A DNA stretch of 64,000 bases from Candidatus Binatia bacterium (lineage in GTDB: Bacteria > Desulfobacterota > Binatia > HRBIN30): contig JBBRSP010000029.1 in NCBI GenBank assembly GCA_038245295.1, forward strand, positions 1 through 64,000. Direction: 5' to 3'. Shown here piece by piece: positions 22,846-32,587 of the stretch; within the stretch, counting starts at the first letter, position 1; every line of letters starts with the position of its first letter. The notes under the pieces are model-generated. The model was not told the DNA's origin. It worked only from the letters and a program-made list of their open reading frames with translations, and made no database searches. A program made the position numbers and the translations under genes.

Positions 22846-25800
22846 TCACGTCTCCGACGCCGGCAGATGCCAGCCGCGCCAGATGAAGTAGATAGCTGGA
22901 TACACCAGCAGCTCCATGAGAAACGACGTGAGCACACCGCCGACCATCGGCACGGCAATACGCTTCATCACGTCGGCACCCGTGCCGTGGCTCCACATGA
23001 TCGGCAGCAAGCCGGCGAGAATCACTGACACAGTCATTGCCTTCGGCCGTACGCGCTGCACGGCGCCGTGGTAGATGGCCTCGCGCAGATCGCCGAGCGT
23101 GCGCATGGCGCCTTTGCGCTGCCACTCCTCATACGCGACATTGAGATACAAGAGCATGACGACCCCGGTTTCGGCGTCGAGACCGGCCAGGGCGATGATT
23201 CCCACCCACACCGCGATGCTCATGTTGTAGTCGAGGAACCAGATCAGCCAGATCGCCCCGACCAGACTGAACGGCACAGCGAGCATGACGATGAACGTCT
23301 CGAGCAGGCTGCGCGTGTTGATGTAGATAATGAGGATGATGATCAGGATGGTGATCGGCACCACCACCAGCATACGCTGCTGGGCCCGCAGCATATACTC
23401 GTACTGGCCGGACCAGACGAGGTTGTAGCCGGTCGGCACGGCGATCTCGCCCTTGGTGATGGCCTCCGCCACCGCGTGCTGCGCGCGCTCGACATACGTG
23501 CCGACATCGATGTTGCGAATGTCGACATAAACCCAGGTGTTCGGCCGGCTGTTTTCGGTCTTGATGCTCGGCGGTCCCTTGGCGATCTCCAGAGTCGCGA
23601 GTTGGGCAAGCGGAATGTGCTGGCCCATCGGCGTGGGCACCACAATCGCCCGGAGCTCGTCGAGGTTGTCGCGCAGTTCGCGCGGGTAGCGCAGGTTGAT
23701 TGGGTAACGTTCGAGGCCCTCGACGGTAGTCGACACGTTCATCCCGCCGATGGCGCTGCTGATGACGTCCTGCACGTCGCCGACGGTCAGGCCGTAGCGG
23801 GCAATCTCGTCGCGGTCGATGGTGAAGTTGACGTAGTTGCCGCCGACGACACGCTCGGCGTACACGCTGAGCGTGTCGGGTACGCGCCGTACCACTGCCT
23901 CGACCTGCTCGCCGATGCGCTGCAAGGTCGGCAGGTCGGGTCCGGAGATCTTGATGCCGACGGGCGTTTTGATGCCGGTGGACAGCATGTCGATGCGTGT
24001 CTTGATCGGCATCGTCCACGCGTTGGTCACGCCGGGGAACGGGATGGCGGCGTTCATGACGTCGACCAGCTCGTCGGGGGTACGCCGACGGTGCGCCAGT
24101 ACCGTGCCGTTCATGTCGGTGATGTCAACCACCGGCCACTCCTCCTCCGGTTTCAGCATCACCGTGGTCTCCACCATGCTCAGCGGCGCCGGGTCCGTCG
24201 CCGTTTCGGCACGGCCGATCTTGCCGAAGACGTGATGCACCTCGGGGAAGCGCTTGATGATGCGATCGGTCTGCTGCAGCAACTCGCGCGCCTTGGTAAT
24301 CGAGATACCCGGCAAGGTCGTCGGCATGTAGAGCAGGTCGCCTTCGTACAGCGGCGGCATGAACTCCGAGCCGAGGCGACTGTACGGCCACCAGGTGACG
24401 ACCACCGCGAACACCGCGCCGGCGATGATGACCCAGCATCGCGTCTTGTGACGCAAGATGAACTCGACCACCGGATGGTAAACCGCGATGAGGAAGCGGT
24501 TCAGCGGATTGCGCTCTTCGGGTAGGATCCGGCCGCGAATGAGGTAGCCCATCAGCACCGGCGCCAGCGTGATCGAGAGGAACGCCGCCGCCGCCATGGA
24601 ATACGTCTTCGTGAATGCCAGCGGCTTGAACAGTCGTCCTTCCTGCGCCTCGAGGGTGAACACGGGGATGAAGCTCACAGTGATGACGAGCAGCGAGTAG
24701 AAGAGCGTCGGACCGACCTCGATCGACGCTTCGCGAATGATCTGCCAGTGCGGCTTGCTGTCCTTGTCGCGCTCGATGTGCTTGTGCACATTCTCGATCA
24801 TGATGATGACCGCATCGACCATGGCGCCGACGGCGATGGCGATGCCGCCCAGGCTCATGATGTTGGCGCCGATGCCCTGCAGATACATCACGCTAAATGC
24901 CAGCAGCACCGCCATCGGTAAGGTCAGGATCGCCACCAGCGCGCTGCGGAAGTGGAAAAGGAAGGCGACACAGACGATCGCCACCGCGAGCGACTCCTCT
25001 AGGAGCTTGCCGCGCAGCGTAGAGATGGACCGCTCGATCAGCGTCGAGCGATCATAGGCGACGCGGATCTCGACGCCCTCCGGCAGTCCGCGCTTCAGCT
25101 CGGCGAGCTTGGCCTTGACCCGGTTGATCACGTCGAGCGCGTTGGCGCCCGAGCGCACGACGACGATCCCGGCGACGATTTCGCCCTCGCCGTTCCAGTC
25201 GGCCAGGCCGCGGCGCATATCAGGTCCGATGATAACCGTACCGAGATCGGAGATCAGGATAGGCGTGCCGTCGGGTCGCGCGCCGACCGCCGCCTTCGCC
25301 AGCTCACTCGGGTCCGTGACATACCCCTTGGCGCGCAGGATGTACTCGGTCTCCGACATTTCCATCACGCGGCCGCCGACCTCGTTGTTGGAGCGCTGGA
25401 TCACTTGCCGAACCTTGCTGAGTGGGATGTCGTAGGCGCGCAGCTTCTCGGGATCGACGGTCACCTGGTACTGCTTGACGTACCCGCCGATGCTGGCCAC
25501 CTCGGAGACGCCGTTGATGCCGGTCAGCTCGTACTTGAGATACCAATCCTGAATGCTGCGCAGCTGCTGCAGGTCGTGGGTCTTGCTGGTGAGCGCATAG
25601 ATGAACGCCCAGCCGACGCCGGTGGCATCGGGTCCGAGCGACGGGGTCACGGCGCGTGGGAGTTGGCCTTGCAGCTGGCTCAGGTACTCGAGCACGCGGC
25701 TGCGCGCCCAGTAGAGATCGGTGCCATCTTCGAAGATCACATAGACGAAGGAGAAGTTGAAGAAGCTGTAGCCACGCACCACCTTGGCGAACGGCACCGA

Positions 25801-26022
25801 GAGCATCTTGGTGGTGATCGGATACGTGACCTGGTCCTCGACGATGCGCGGTGCCTGCCCGGGGTACTCGGTGAAGATGATCACCTGCACGTCAGAGAGA
25901 TCGGGAATGGCGTCGAGCGGCGTGTGCGTAACCGCGTAGTAGCCGCCGAGAGCAATGCCCAAGGCCATGAGCAGCGCGAAGAACTTATTGTCGAGCGAGA
26001 ATTCGATGACGCGCTGGATCAT
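22846..26022 (-). CDS. cusA: CusA-type heavy-metal (Cu/Ag) RND efflux permease
   Basis: DAIPDLSDVQV, GIAIAVGAMVDA, GSEFMPPLYEGDLLYMP, ETATDPAPLSMVET, RVRPKAMT. Confidence 0.93.
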   Translation of the reverse strand: MIQRVIEFSLDNKFFALLMALGIALGGYYAVTHTPLDAIPDLSDVQVIIFTEYPGQAPRIVEDQVTYPITTKMLSVPFAKVVRGYSFFNFSFVYVIFEDGTDLYWARSRVLEYLSQLQGQLPRAVTPSLGPDATGVGWAFIYALTSKTHDLQQLRSIQDWYLKYELTGINGVSEVASIGGYVKQYQVTVDPEKLRAYDIPLSKVRQVIQRSNNEVGGRVMEMSETEYILRAKGYVTDPSELAKAAVGARPDGTPILISDLGTVIIGPDMRRGLADWNGEGEIVAGIVVVRSGANALDVINRVKAKLAELKRGLPEGVEIRVAYDRSTLIERSISTLRGKLLEESLAVAIVCVAFLFHFRSALVAILTLPMAVLLAFSVMYLQGIGANIMSLGGIAIAVGAMVDAVIIMIENVHKHIERDKDSKPHWQIIREASIEVGPTLFYSLLVITVSFIPVFTLEAQEGRLFKPLAFTKTYSMAAAAFLSITLAPVLMGYLIRGRILPEERNPLNRFLIAVYHPVVEFILRHKTRCWVIIAGAVFAVVVTWWPYSRLGSEFMPPLYEGDLLYMPTTLPGISITKARELLQQTDRIIKRFPEVHHVFGKIGRAETATDPAPLSMVETTVMLKPEEEWPVVDITDMNGTVLAHRRRTPDELVDVMNAAIPFPGVTNAWTMPIKTRIDMLSTGIKTPVGIKISGPDLPTLQRIGEQVEAVVRRVPDTLSVYAERVVGGNYVNFTIDRDEIARYGLTVGDVQDVISSAIGGMNVSTTVEGLERYPINLRYPRELRDNLDELRAIVVPTPMGQHIPLAQLATLEIAKGPPSIKTENSRPNTWVYVDIRNIDVGTYVERAQHAVAEAITKGEIAVPTGYNLVWSGQYEYMLRAQQRMLVVVPITILIIILIIYINTRSLLETFIVMLAVPFSLVGAIWLIWFLDYNMSIAVWVGIIALAGLDAETGVVMLLYLNVAYEEWQRKGAMRTLGDLREAIYHGAVQRVRPKAMTVSVILAGLLPIMWSHGTGADVMKRIAVPMVGGVLTSFLMELLVYPAIYFIWRGWHLPASET

Positions 26023-26029
26023 GGCAGGC

Positions 26030-27694
26030 TCACTTCGTGGCCGTGGCCGGCGTTTGCGCCGGCGCCTCGTTCTGCGGCGGTGTCTCCGGCACCGGGATCA
26101 GCGACATCCCGCAGACGGGACACTTGCCGGGCCCCGGCTTGTGGACCGACGCGTGCTCGGGCATCGCACATGTCCAGTAGGCGATGTGCGGGCTCTCGAC
26201 GTGTCCGGCGTGGCGCCGCACCGGCACCAAGGTCATGCCGCAGATGGGACACTTGCCGGGCGTGTCGTACAGAATGTCACCGTGCCCTGGCATCGGGCAG
26301 ACGTAGTACAGGCGGTCTTCGGGTGAGGTAGGCTCGGCATCCTTGGGGTGGGCGGCAGTTTCGGCTTCCTCGGTGGCCGACTTGATCGGCGTCGCGCCGC
26401 TCACCTTCCCGGGTTCCGTGAACTTCAAGGCGGCCTCGCGCAGCCGGCTCTCCGAGTCGAGCAAGAACTGCCCGGAGACCACGACCGTCTCGCCTGGTTC
26501 GAGGCCGGACAGCACCTCGAGATAATTGTTCTGGGCACGGCGCCCGATGCGCACCTCGCGCGCCTCGAAGCGGCCGGGCTTGGGCATGATGAAGACCACG
26601 GAGCGCGTGCCGGTGTCGATCACCGCGACATCGGGCACCAGTGTCGCCTCCACGGCGATTTGCCCGATGAGGTTGACGGTGGCGTACATGCCGGGCTTTA
26701 GTTCGTAGCCCGGGTTGTGGAACTCCATGCGCACAGACACCTCACGCGACTTGGCGTCGAGGTAGGGATACACATAGGTGACGCGCCCCCGAAATGTGCG
26801 CCCGGGCAGGTAGTCGAGGGTCATGAACGCTTCCTGGCCGAGGCGCACGTAGGGCAGATCGTACTCGTAGACTTTGGCGATGACCCATACGGTCGACAGG
26901 TCGGCCAGGCGGAAGACTTCCATTCCGGTCATGATGCGCTGCCCTTGGACGACGTTCTTGTGCGTGGCGATACCGGTGAACGGCGCACGCATGGTCAGTG
27001 TCTTGGTGACCTTGCCGGTGCGTTCCAGCTCGGCGATCTGTCCGGGAGAGATGTCGAAGTACTCGAGGCGTGTGCGCGCGTCACGCACCAGCGCCTCTGA
27101 GTCGCCGCGCGACCGCGGGATGAGCGGTACGTCCTTCTTCTGGAGATTGCGCAGGGCGCCGAGGTACTCCTCCTGCGCGGAGAACAATGCCGGCGAGTAC
27201 AACTCGAACAATGGCTCACTTTCGTGCACCTGCGCGCCGGTCTGGTTGACGTACAGCTTCTCGACCCAACCGTCGACCTTGGTGGTGACCACGGCCAGGG
27301 TGGTCTCGTCGTAGTCGACGAAGCCCACGCTCCGCACGGTCTTGGCGAGCGGCCCACGCTTCACCTTGTCGACACGGACACCCATGTCCTGCTCGACCAC
27401 CGGGTCGATCCGAATGGTTCCCGCAGCGCCTTCGCCTTCGTAGACCGGGATCAGGTCCATGCCCATCGAGTCCTTCCCCGGTTGGTCGTGGATCTCGCCG
27501 GGGCTCATCGACGACTTCCAGTAGAGGACCTTGTGCTCCTTCGACGTCGCGCCTGCCGGCGCCGATGCTGGCTCGCTCGTTGTGGCCTGCGCTTCGTGGT
27601 GAGAGGTGTGGCGCAGCCACAGCCCGGTCACTCCGATACCCGCCGGAACGGCAACTGCAAGAGCGATTGCCACCACTGTCGATCGTCGCGTCAT
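26030..27694 (-). CDS. cusB: CusB-type RND periplasmic adaptor with N- and C-terminal heavy-metal-binding modules
   Basis: YWKSSMSP...PGKDSMGMDLIP, MFP core (LKPGMY, SGQFLLDSES) and two C-terminal CPM/CAM...PGKCPxCGM repeats. Confidence 0.9.
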   Translation of the reverse strand: MTRRSTVVAIALAVAVPAGIGVTGLWLRHTSHHEAQATTSEPASAPAGATSKEHKVLYWKSSMSPGEIHDQPGKDSMGMDLIPVYEGEGAAGTIRIDPVVEQDMGVRVDKVKRGPLAKTVRSVGFVDYDETTLAVVTTKVDGWVEKLYVNQTGAQVHESEPLFELYSPALFSAQEEYLGALRNLQKKDVPLIPRSRGDSEALVRDARTRLEYFDISPGQIAELERTGKVTKTLTMRAPFTGIATHKNVVQGQRIMTGMEVFRLADLSTVWVIAKVYEYDLPYVRLGQEAFMTLDYLPGRTFRGRVTYVYPYLDAKSREVSVRMEFHNPGYELKPGMYATVNLIGQIAVEATLVPDVAVIDTGTRSVVFIMPKPGRFEAREVRIGRRAQNNYLEVLSGLEPGETVVVSGQFLLDSESRLREAALKFTEPGKVSGATPIKSATEEAETAAHPKDAEPTSPEDRLYYVCPMPGHGDILYDTPGKCPICGMTLVPVRRHAGHVESPHIAYWTCAMPEHASVHKPGPGKCPVCGMSLIPVPETPPQNEAPAQTPATATK

Positions 27695-29199
27695 GGCTGG
27701 ACGCTCCCTTCGGTTGGAACCCCTTCGGTCAGGCCAGCTTCATGGCCGTCGGATACGCGTGGCAAGCGCACGCCGACGAGCTGTTGCAGATCGGCGAAGC
27801 GCTGCTCAAGCTCGGCGAGGGCGCGGTGATAGCCGAGCGAGAAGTCGAGCCACTTGCGCCAGTTGTCGATCAGCGCGGTGAACTCCAGCGAGCCGGCTTG
27901 ATAAGTCGAGGTCGACACTTCGACGGTTTGCCAGGCGCGCGGTACGATCAGATCGCGGAAGAGCAGTGCCTGCCGATACTGCGTATCGATCTTGACGAGT
28001 GTGTCCTGCAACTGGAACAAGAGCTGGTTGCGCAGATCCGTGTACTCTTCGACCGAAGCGAGCGTCTGCGCGTTACCTTCGAGCACGCGGGCGCGCAGGC
28101 GCTGCCACCAGATCGGCAGGTTGAGACCGAACGCCAGGTTCCAGGCGTCGTCGCCGGTCCGCACTGGGCTGATGCCGGAGCTGGAAATGAAGGTGTAGGT
28201 GTAGCCGACGGTGAGGTCAGGGAAGTAGTTCAGGCGTGCCAGCTTGACGGTCTCGACGTCGCGCTTGATCTGCTCTTGCAAGCGCGACAGGCGCGGGTTC
28301 GACGCGACCGCGCGTTGCATCACCTGCGGTAACCTCCATTGCACCTGCGTCAGTTCGAATTCACGCGGCGGCGGCAACAGAGCATCGACCGCCCGGTTCA
28401 TCAGCGCGTTGAGTTGAGCGCGCGCCGTGGCGCGCTGCTGTTCAAGCGTGATCAGTTCGTTCTGCAGGCCATAGAGCTCGACCTCGGCACGCAAGACGTC
28501 TTGCTGCGTCGCCGCGCCTGCCTTGTAGTGCGCCGCCGCGACGTCGTGGACCTGGCTGAGCAGCTGCTCGCTCTGGCGGGTGATCTGGATCGAGACGTCG
28601 GCGAGGTAGTAGCTGTAGTACGCCTTCTGCACCTGAGCCACGACGGAGATGCGCACGTCGGCAAGGCTGTCTAGCGCCATGCGCACGGTGGCCTCGGCGA
28701 TGCGCCCGCGGGCGCTGAGCTTGCCGGGAAAGGGAATCTTCTGGGTCACGCTGACAGCGCCTTGCATCATCCCCGCCGCCGTCTGCGTCATGTCGCCCGT
28801 CGGTGGAATCAGGTTGATCATCGGATCGTCGAGCGAGGTGACCTGAGGTACCTGGTAGCCGAGCACCTGCAGCTGGCGGACGGCGCGCCCGATGGCCGGG
28901 TTGTCGCGCAGCGTGAGACGAATGTAGTCGTCGAGGCCGGCATCGTCCGGCAGCGGCGCGTCGTTGGGCAGCGCCCCGCCGTTGTCGACCGTTTGCTTGG
29001 CGACATGCAGGACGGCCGCATCGTCGTCCACGGCCGGGCTCAAATCACGCGCCTCGCGGGCGACCTGCTGCTGGAGCGCGCCGTTGACGCTGCCGCACCC
29101 GGCGATCGTGGCCACGAAGATCAACAGCCAGGGGGCCCACGGACAGCGATGTCCGGGGTGGCCGGCGCGCACGACGTTGGGGACGGTGTTACGATTCAT
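27691..29199 (-). CDS. TolC/CusC family outer-membrane efflux lipoprotein
   Basis: Lipobox IAGC, QKIPFPGKL, YKAGAATQQDVLRAE, NYFPDLTVG. The real start lies well inside the 721-aa ORF. Confidence 0.88.
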   Translation of the reverse strand: MNRNTVPNVVRAGHPGHRCPWAPWLLIFVATIAGCGSVNGALQQQVAREARDLSPAVDDDAAVLHVAKQTVDNGGALPNDAPLPDDAGLDDYIRLTLRDNPAIGRAVRQLQVLGYQVPQVTSLDDPMINLIPPTGDMTQTAAGMMQGAVSVTQKIPFPGKLSARGRIAEATVRMALDSLADVRISVVAQVQKAYYSYYLADVSIQITRQSEQLLSQVHDVAAAHYKAGAATQQDVLRAEVELYGLQNELITLEQQRATARAQLNALMNRAVDALLPPPREFELTQVQWRLPQVMQRAVASNPRLSRLQEQIKRDVETVKLARLNYFPDLTVGYTYTFISSSGISPVRTGDDAWNLAFGLNLPIWWQRLRARVLEGNAQTLASVEEYTDLRNQLLFQLQDTLVKIDTQYRQALLFRDLIVPRAWQTVEVSTSTYQAGSLEFTALIDNWRKWLDFSLGYHRALAELEQRFADLQQLVGVRLPRVSDGHEAGLTEGVPTEGSVQP

Positions 29200-29315
29200 A
29201 TCCGGGCGGATACGAGTGCTGATGAACGTCATGACATCCTGCAGCAGGGTGGGGCCGATGCGCTTACGCACGTCTTCGACCATCAGCAACCGACCGCTTG
29301 CCCGCCCGCGGTGAT

Positions 29316-29492
29316 CTAATCGAGCCCCCAGTTGTAAAACGCCGCGACCAGCGCCTCGGCGATCCAGCCTAGGAGGAAGGTGCTGATCAAACCGATCACA
29401 ACTTCGTAGGCCGGCACCCGCATCTGCAGAATCGGCCCGACGTCGATGCCGTGAAGCAGGCTGTTGAAGAACACCATCGTCTTCTCCCGTGG
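29316..29492 (-). pseudogene. C-terminal half of a DUF5676-like small membrane protein
   Basis: PREKTMVFFNSLLHGIDVGPILQMRVPAYEVVIGLISTFLLGWIAEALVAAFYNWGLD*. Not in the ORF track; the expected N-terminal TM is missing. Confidence 0.55.
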
Positions 29493-29549
29493 CCACCTCG
29501 TCCTGGGTCGGCTTTGTTGCCGGTTCGTCTGTGGCCGGGTCGCCGTCCT

Positions 29550-30863
29550 TCATAACCAACCGTTGGCGAAACCTGCCCGCCGCAGCCCCGTGACGATGTA
29601 GGAGCAACTCCGCATCAATCGCCAGAGCAAGTCTGAGCGGTAGTTCTCGCAGGCCAACACGACCGGCCCCAAATTGATTCCGTAGTGGTACGCCGAGGTC
29701 CAGCCGGGCTTGCCCTCCGACTCCGGCGGAAAGGTCAGATTGAAGCTGCACTTCAAGCAATACTTGCCAGTGATCTGAGGGTAGACCTCCTTGAAATGCC
29801 GAATCGTCGGCAGCACGATCTCCGGAGCAAAGGGCAGCGAGGCGAGCACTGCCCACGGAGCGACGGTCCCGTCGTCCGGGCCGTACGGCACACCCCGTGC
29901 CACATACTCGAAGAAGCGGCGCTCGACGCCATCAACCTGCCGCGTTGTCCAGCCGGGTCCGTCGCTCGCGGTCAGTCCCCAGAAGTATTTGCCGTAGCCG
30001 GCGAATGCGAGAGGGTTCTGAATCGCATACTGCTGCTGGACGTGGGTCGCCCGGCGGCTGTTCTCGAAGTAGTCGATGCCCTTGCCGCGCATGAAGACAT
30101 CCTGGATCCCACGGAAGTCGAGCCACAGGTGCGAGTATTGATGGATGAAGAGCGCGCCGCCATACAGGAGCTCGTGGCCATAGATCTCCTTCCACTCGTA
30201 GGTAGAGGTCCACGCCGCATAGCTTTCCTGCGGCAGTGGATACGTCGGCGAACCCAGGCCCAGCGCGTACAGGAGCAGGGCCTCGTCGTAGCCTTCCCAG
30301 CGGTACTTCAAGAAGCCGCTCTCTGGCTTCCACCCGTGGGTGACCGTCGCCCCGCCGTTCTGCGCCCACCGCCAATCGGCACGGCGGTAGAGCGCATCTG
30401 CCAACGTGCGGATCTCCCGCTCCGCCTCACAATCCTGATCAAAATAGGCGGCGGCGGCGAGCATTCCAGCGAGCAGGAACGTCGTGTCGGCGGTGGACAG
30501 CTCGCACTTCCCGGAACGCCGTCCGGCCTGCATGTCGAGAAAATGGTAGTAGAACCCTTTGTAGCCCGTCGCGTCCGCTGCCGTACCCTGTGGGCTGGTC
30601 CAGAAGAACCGTAACACCGTCAGCGTTCGCTCTACCGCTTCGGCGCGCGTCATCCAGGAGCGCTCGACGCCGACCGGATAGGCTGCCAGCGCAAACCCGA
30701 CGGCGGCGATACTCGCGGGGGCGTCCGGCTGCGTTTTGTCCAACACCAGGCCGTTTGCAGGGTTGGTCTCGTGCAAGAAATACGCGAAGGCGTCGCGCTC
30801 GAGTGCGTCCAGCATCTCTTCGCTGCTGGCTGGTGGATTCGGGCCTGCCAGGTGGCTCGTCAT
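29550..30863 (-). CDS. Glucoamylase-like / GH144 protein, copy 2
   Basis: Same motifs as 16404-17732 (GYKGFYYHFLDM, WAQNGGATVTHGWKPESGF, WEGYDEA, PYGPDDGT). Confidence 0.82.
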   Translation of the reverse strand: MTSHLAGPNPPASSEEMLDALERDAFAYFLHETNPANGLVLDKTQPDAPASIAAVGFALAAYPVGVERSWMTRAEAVERTLTVLRFFWTSPQGTAADATGYKGFYYHFLDMQAGRRSGKCELSTADTTFLLAGMLAAAAYFDQDCEAEREIRTLADALYRRADWRWAQNGGATVTHGWKPESGFLKYRWEGYDEALLLYALGLGSPTYPLPQESYAAWTSTYEWKEIYGHELLYGGALFIHQYSHLWLDFRGIQDVFMRGKGIDYFENSRRATHVQQQYAIQNPLAFAGYGKYFWGLTASDGPGWTTRQVDGVERRFFEYVARGVPYGPDDGTVAPWAVLASLPFAPEIVLPTIRHFKEVYPQITGKYCLKCSFNLTFPPESEGKPGWTSAYHYGINLGPVVLACENYRSDLLWRLMRSCSYIVTGLRRAGFANGWL

Positions 30864-30921
30864 GCCCGTCTTCCATGCGTGTAGGCGTGCAAGCCGCCCG
30901 ACTGTCCGCCCGTTTGGTTCA

Positions 30922-31647
30922 TCACAAGAGGCCGTTGGTTGCGCTGCGGCCAGCCCACAACGGGGGGAAGGCCGTGCTCGGCGGTGTCCGTAGCCAGGCG
31001 AAGGGTCGCGGCGCTATCCTGAAGTAATCATGCCGATGCGTTGTCGAAGCGTGGAGAGCCCTCTCGTAGGGGACCCGCTTCACACCCTCAAGGCTAGCTT
31101 CGAAGAACTCATTTGCTTTTGCTTCGATCCAGCCGGTGATCTCGGCCGCGGCCGGTCCCCCGGTCGGCGGGTTGTACTTGAAGCCGCCATCGTCGGGCGG
31201 ATTGTGCGAGGGCGTGATGACGATACCATCGGCGAGGCCTGCGTTGCGCCCGCGGTTGTAGGTCAGAATGGCGTGGGAGATGGCGGGCGTTGGGGTGTAT
31301 TCGTCGCCTACCGCGAGCGTCACTTCCACTGCGTTCGCGGCCAGTACCTCCAGCGCGCTAGCCAGCGCGGGCACGGAGCGCGCGTGCGTGTCCATGCGCA
31401 AAAAGAGTGGGCCATCGATCTGTTGCCGCCTGCGGTAGACGCAAATGGCCTGGCTGATGGCAAGGATATGCTGTTCGTTGAAGGCGGTCTCTAGCGAGGA
31501 ACCACGGTGGCCCGACGTGCCGAAGGCCACGCGCTGCGCCGCAACGGCGGGGGCAGGCTTTTCGACATAGTACGCCCTGATGAGATTGGGCACGTTGACC
31601 GGCGCGGACGGGTCCACCGGTTTTCCCGCAAGCGGGCTGGCGTTCAT
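30922..31647 (-). pseudogene. pgm: Truncated phosphoglucomutase (N-terminal ~210 aa only)
   Basis: SPLAGK, FGTSGHRGSS, TPTPAISHAIL, ITPSHNPP..GGFKYNPP. Similarity ends at THRHDY (~31022); full-length Pgm is about 550 aa. Confidence 0.85.
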
Positions 31648-32492
31648 TTGCTCGCCTTTTTCCGCCTTTGAACCGCTGCGTGATATTTCCTGCGGATGTC
31701 AGCGATGTTCACGGTCGGTTCCGGAACCTCGATGCCAAGGTTGTCCATCGTCTCGACGATGATTTCCGAAATGGCAAGGTTGCGAAACCATTTGTGATCG
31801 GAGGGAATGACGAACCATGGCGCATCATGGGTGCTGCAGTTGCTGAGTGCGTCCTCGTAGGCCGCCTGGTAGCCATCCCAGTAGGCTCGTTCCGAATAGT
31901 CCGCCTCGCTGATTTTCCAGTGTCGTGCGGGATCGTCGAGCCGCTGTTTGAAGCGCTCCAGTTGCTCCTCCTTGCTGATGTGCAGGAAGAATTTCAAAAT
32001 GTGGGTGCCGTTCGCGACGAGGCGGCGCTCGAAGTCGTTTATCTGCTCGTAGCGCGTCGACCAGACTGTTTTCGGAACCAGATCGTGAACGCGCACGACG
32101 AGCACATCCTCGTAGTGTGAGCGATTGAAAATCACCACCTCGCCGCGCTTGGGAGTAGGGTGTTCGATGCGCCACAAGAAATCGTGCGCGCCTTCCTCTG
32201 CCGACGGTTGCTTGAAACCGACGACGCGGCAGCCTTGCGGGTTCATCGAGCCGATGACATGCCGGACGACACCGTCCTTGCCCCCCGCGTCGAGGGCTTG
32301 CAGACAAATCAGCAGCGAGCGTTTCTGTTCGGCGTAGAGCTGGAACTGCAACGCGTCCATCCGCTGTTGGAGCTTCTTGATCTTCTGAAGTGCTGAGTGC
32401 TTGTTCTCGTTCTTTCCCGAGAATGCCGGATCGAAGTCCGCAAGCCGGACGCGACTACTCTGGGCGACGCGGAATTCCTTCCGATAGTTCAT
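31644..32492 (-). CDS. ppk2: Polyphosphate kinase 2 family (class III-like)
   Basis: LQALDAGGKDG, FKQPS..E..HDFLWR, FNRSHYEDVL, KFFLHISKEEQ, PSDHKWFRN. Confidence 0.92.
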   Translation of the reverse strand: MNYRKEFRVAQSSRVRLADFDPAFSGKNENKHSALQKIKKLQQRMDALQFQLYAEQKRSLLICLQALDAGGKDGVVRHVIGSMNPQGCRVVGFKQPSAEEGAHDFLWRIEHPTPKRGEVVIFNRSHYEDVLVVRVHDLVPKTVWSTRYEQINDFERRLVANGTHILKFFLHISKEEQLERFKQRLDDPARHWKISEADYSERAYWDGYQAAYEDALSNCSTHDAPWFVIPSDHKWFRNLAISEIIVETMDNLGIEVPEPTVNIADIRRKYHAAVQRRKKASK

Positions 32493-32587
32493 GGTTCTCT
32501 TCCCTACGTTGATGGCCCTGGTTCCTTTCGTCACGCCGTGCGCCATCGACGCATCGGACGCACCGCCGCAGCCGTGAACGTCTGCCG

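Noticed and set aside
21137..24525. Long antisense ORFs (518 aa, 485 aa) opposite xfp and cusA, and similar ones elsewhere
   Set aside because: Shadow frames typical of high-GC coding DNA, with no recognisable motifs.
29200..29856. 218-aa N-terminal extension of the TolC ORF (721 aa)
   Set aside because: Overlaps the GH144 gene and the DUF5676 remnant in another frame; the lipoprotein signal begins near 29199.
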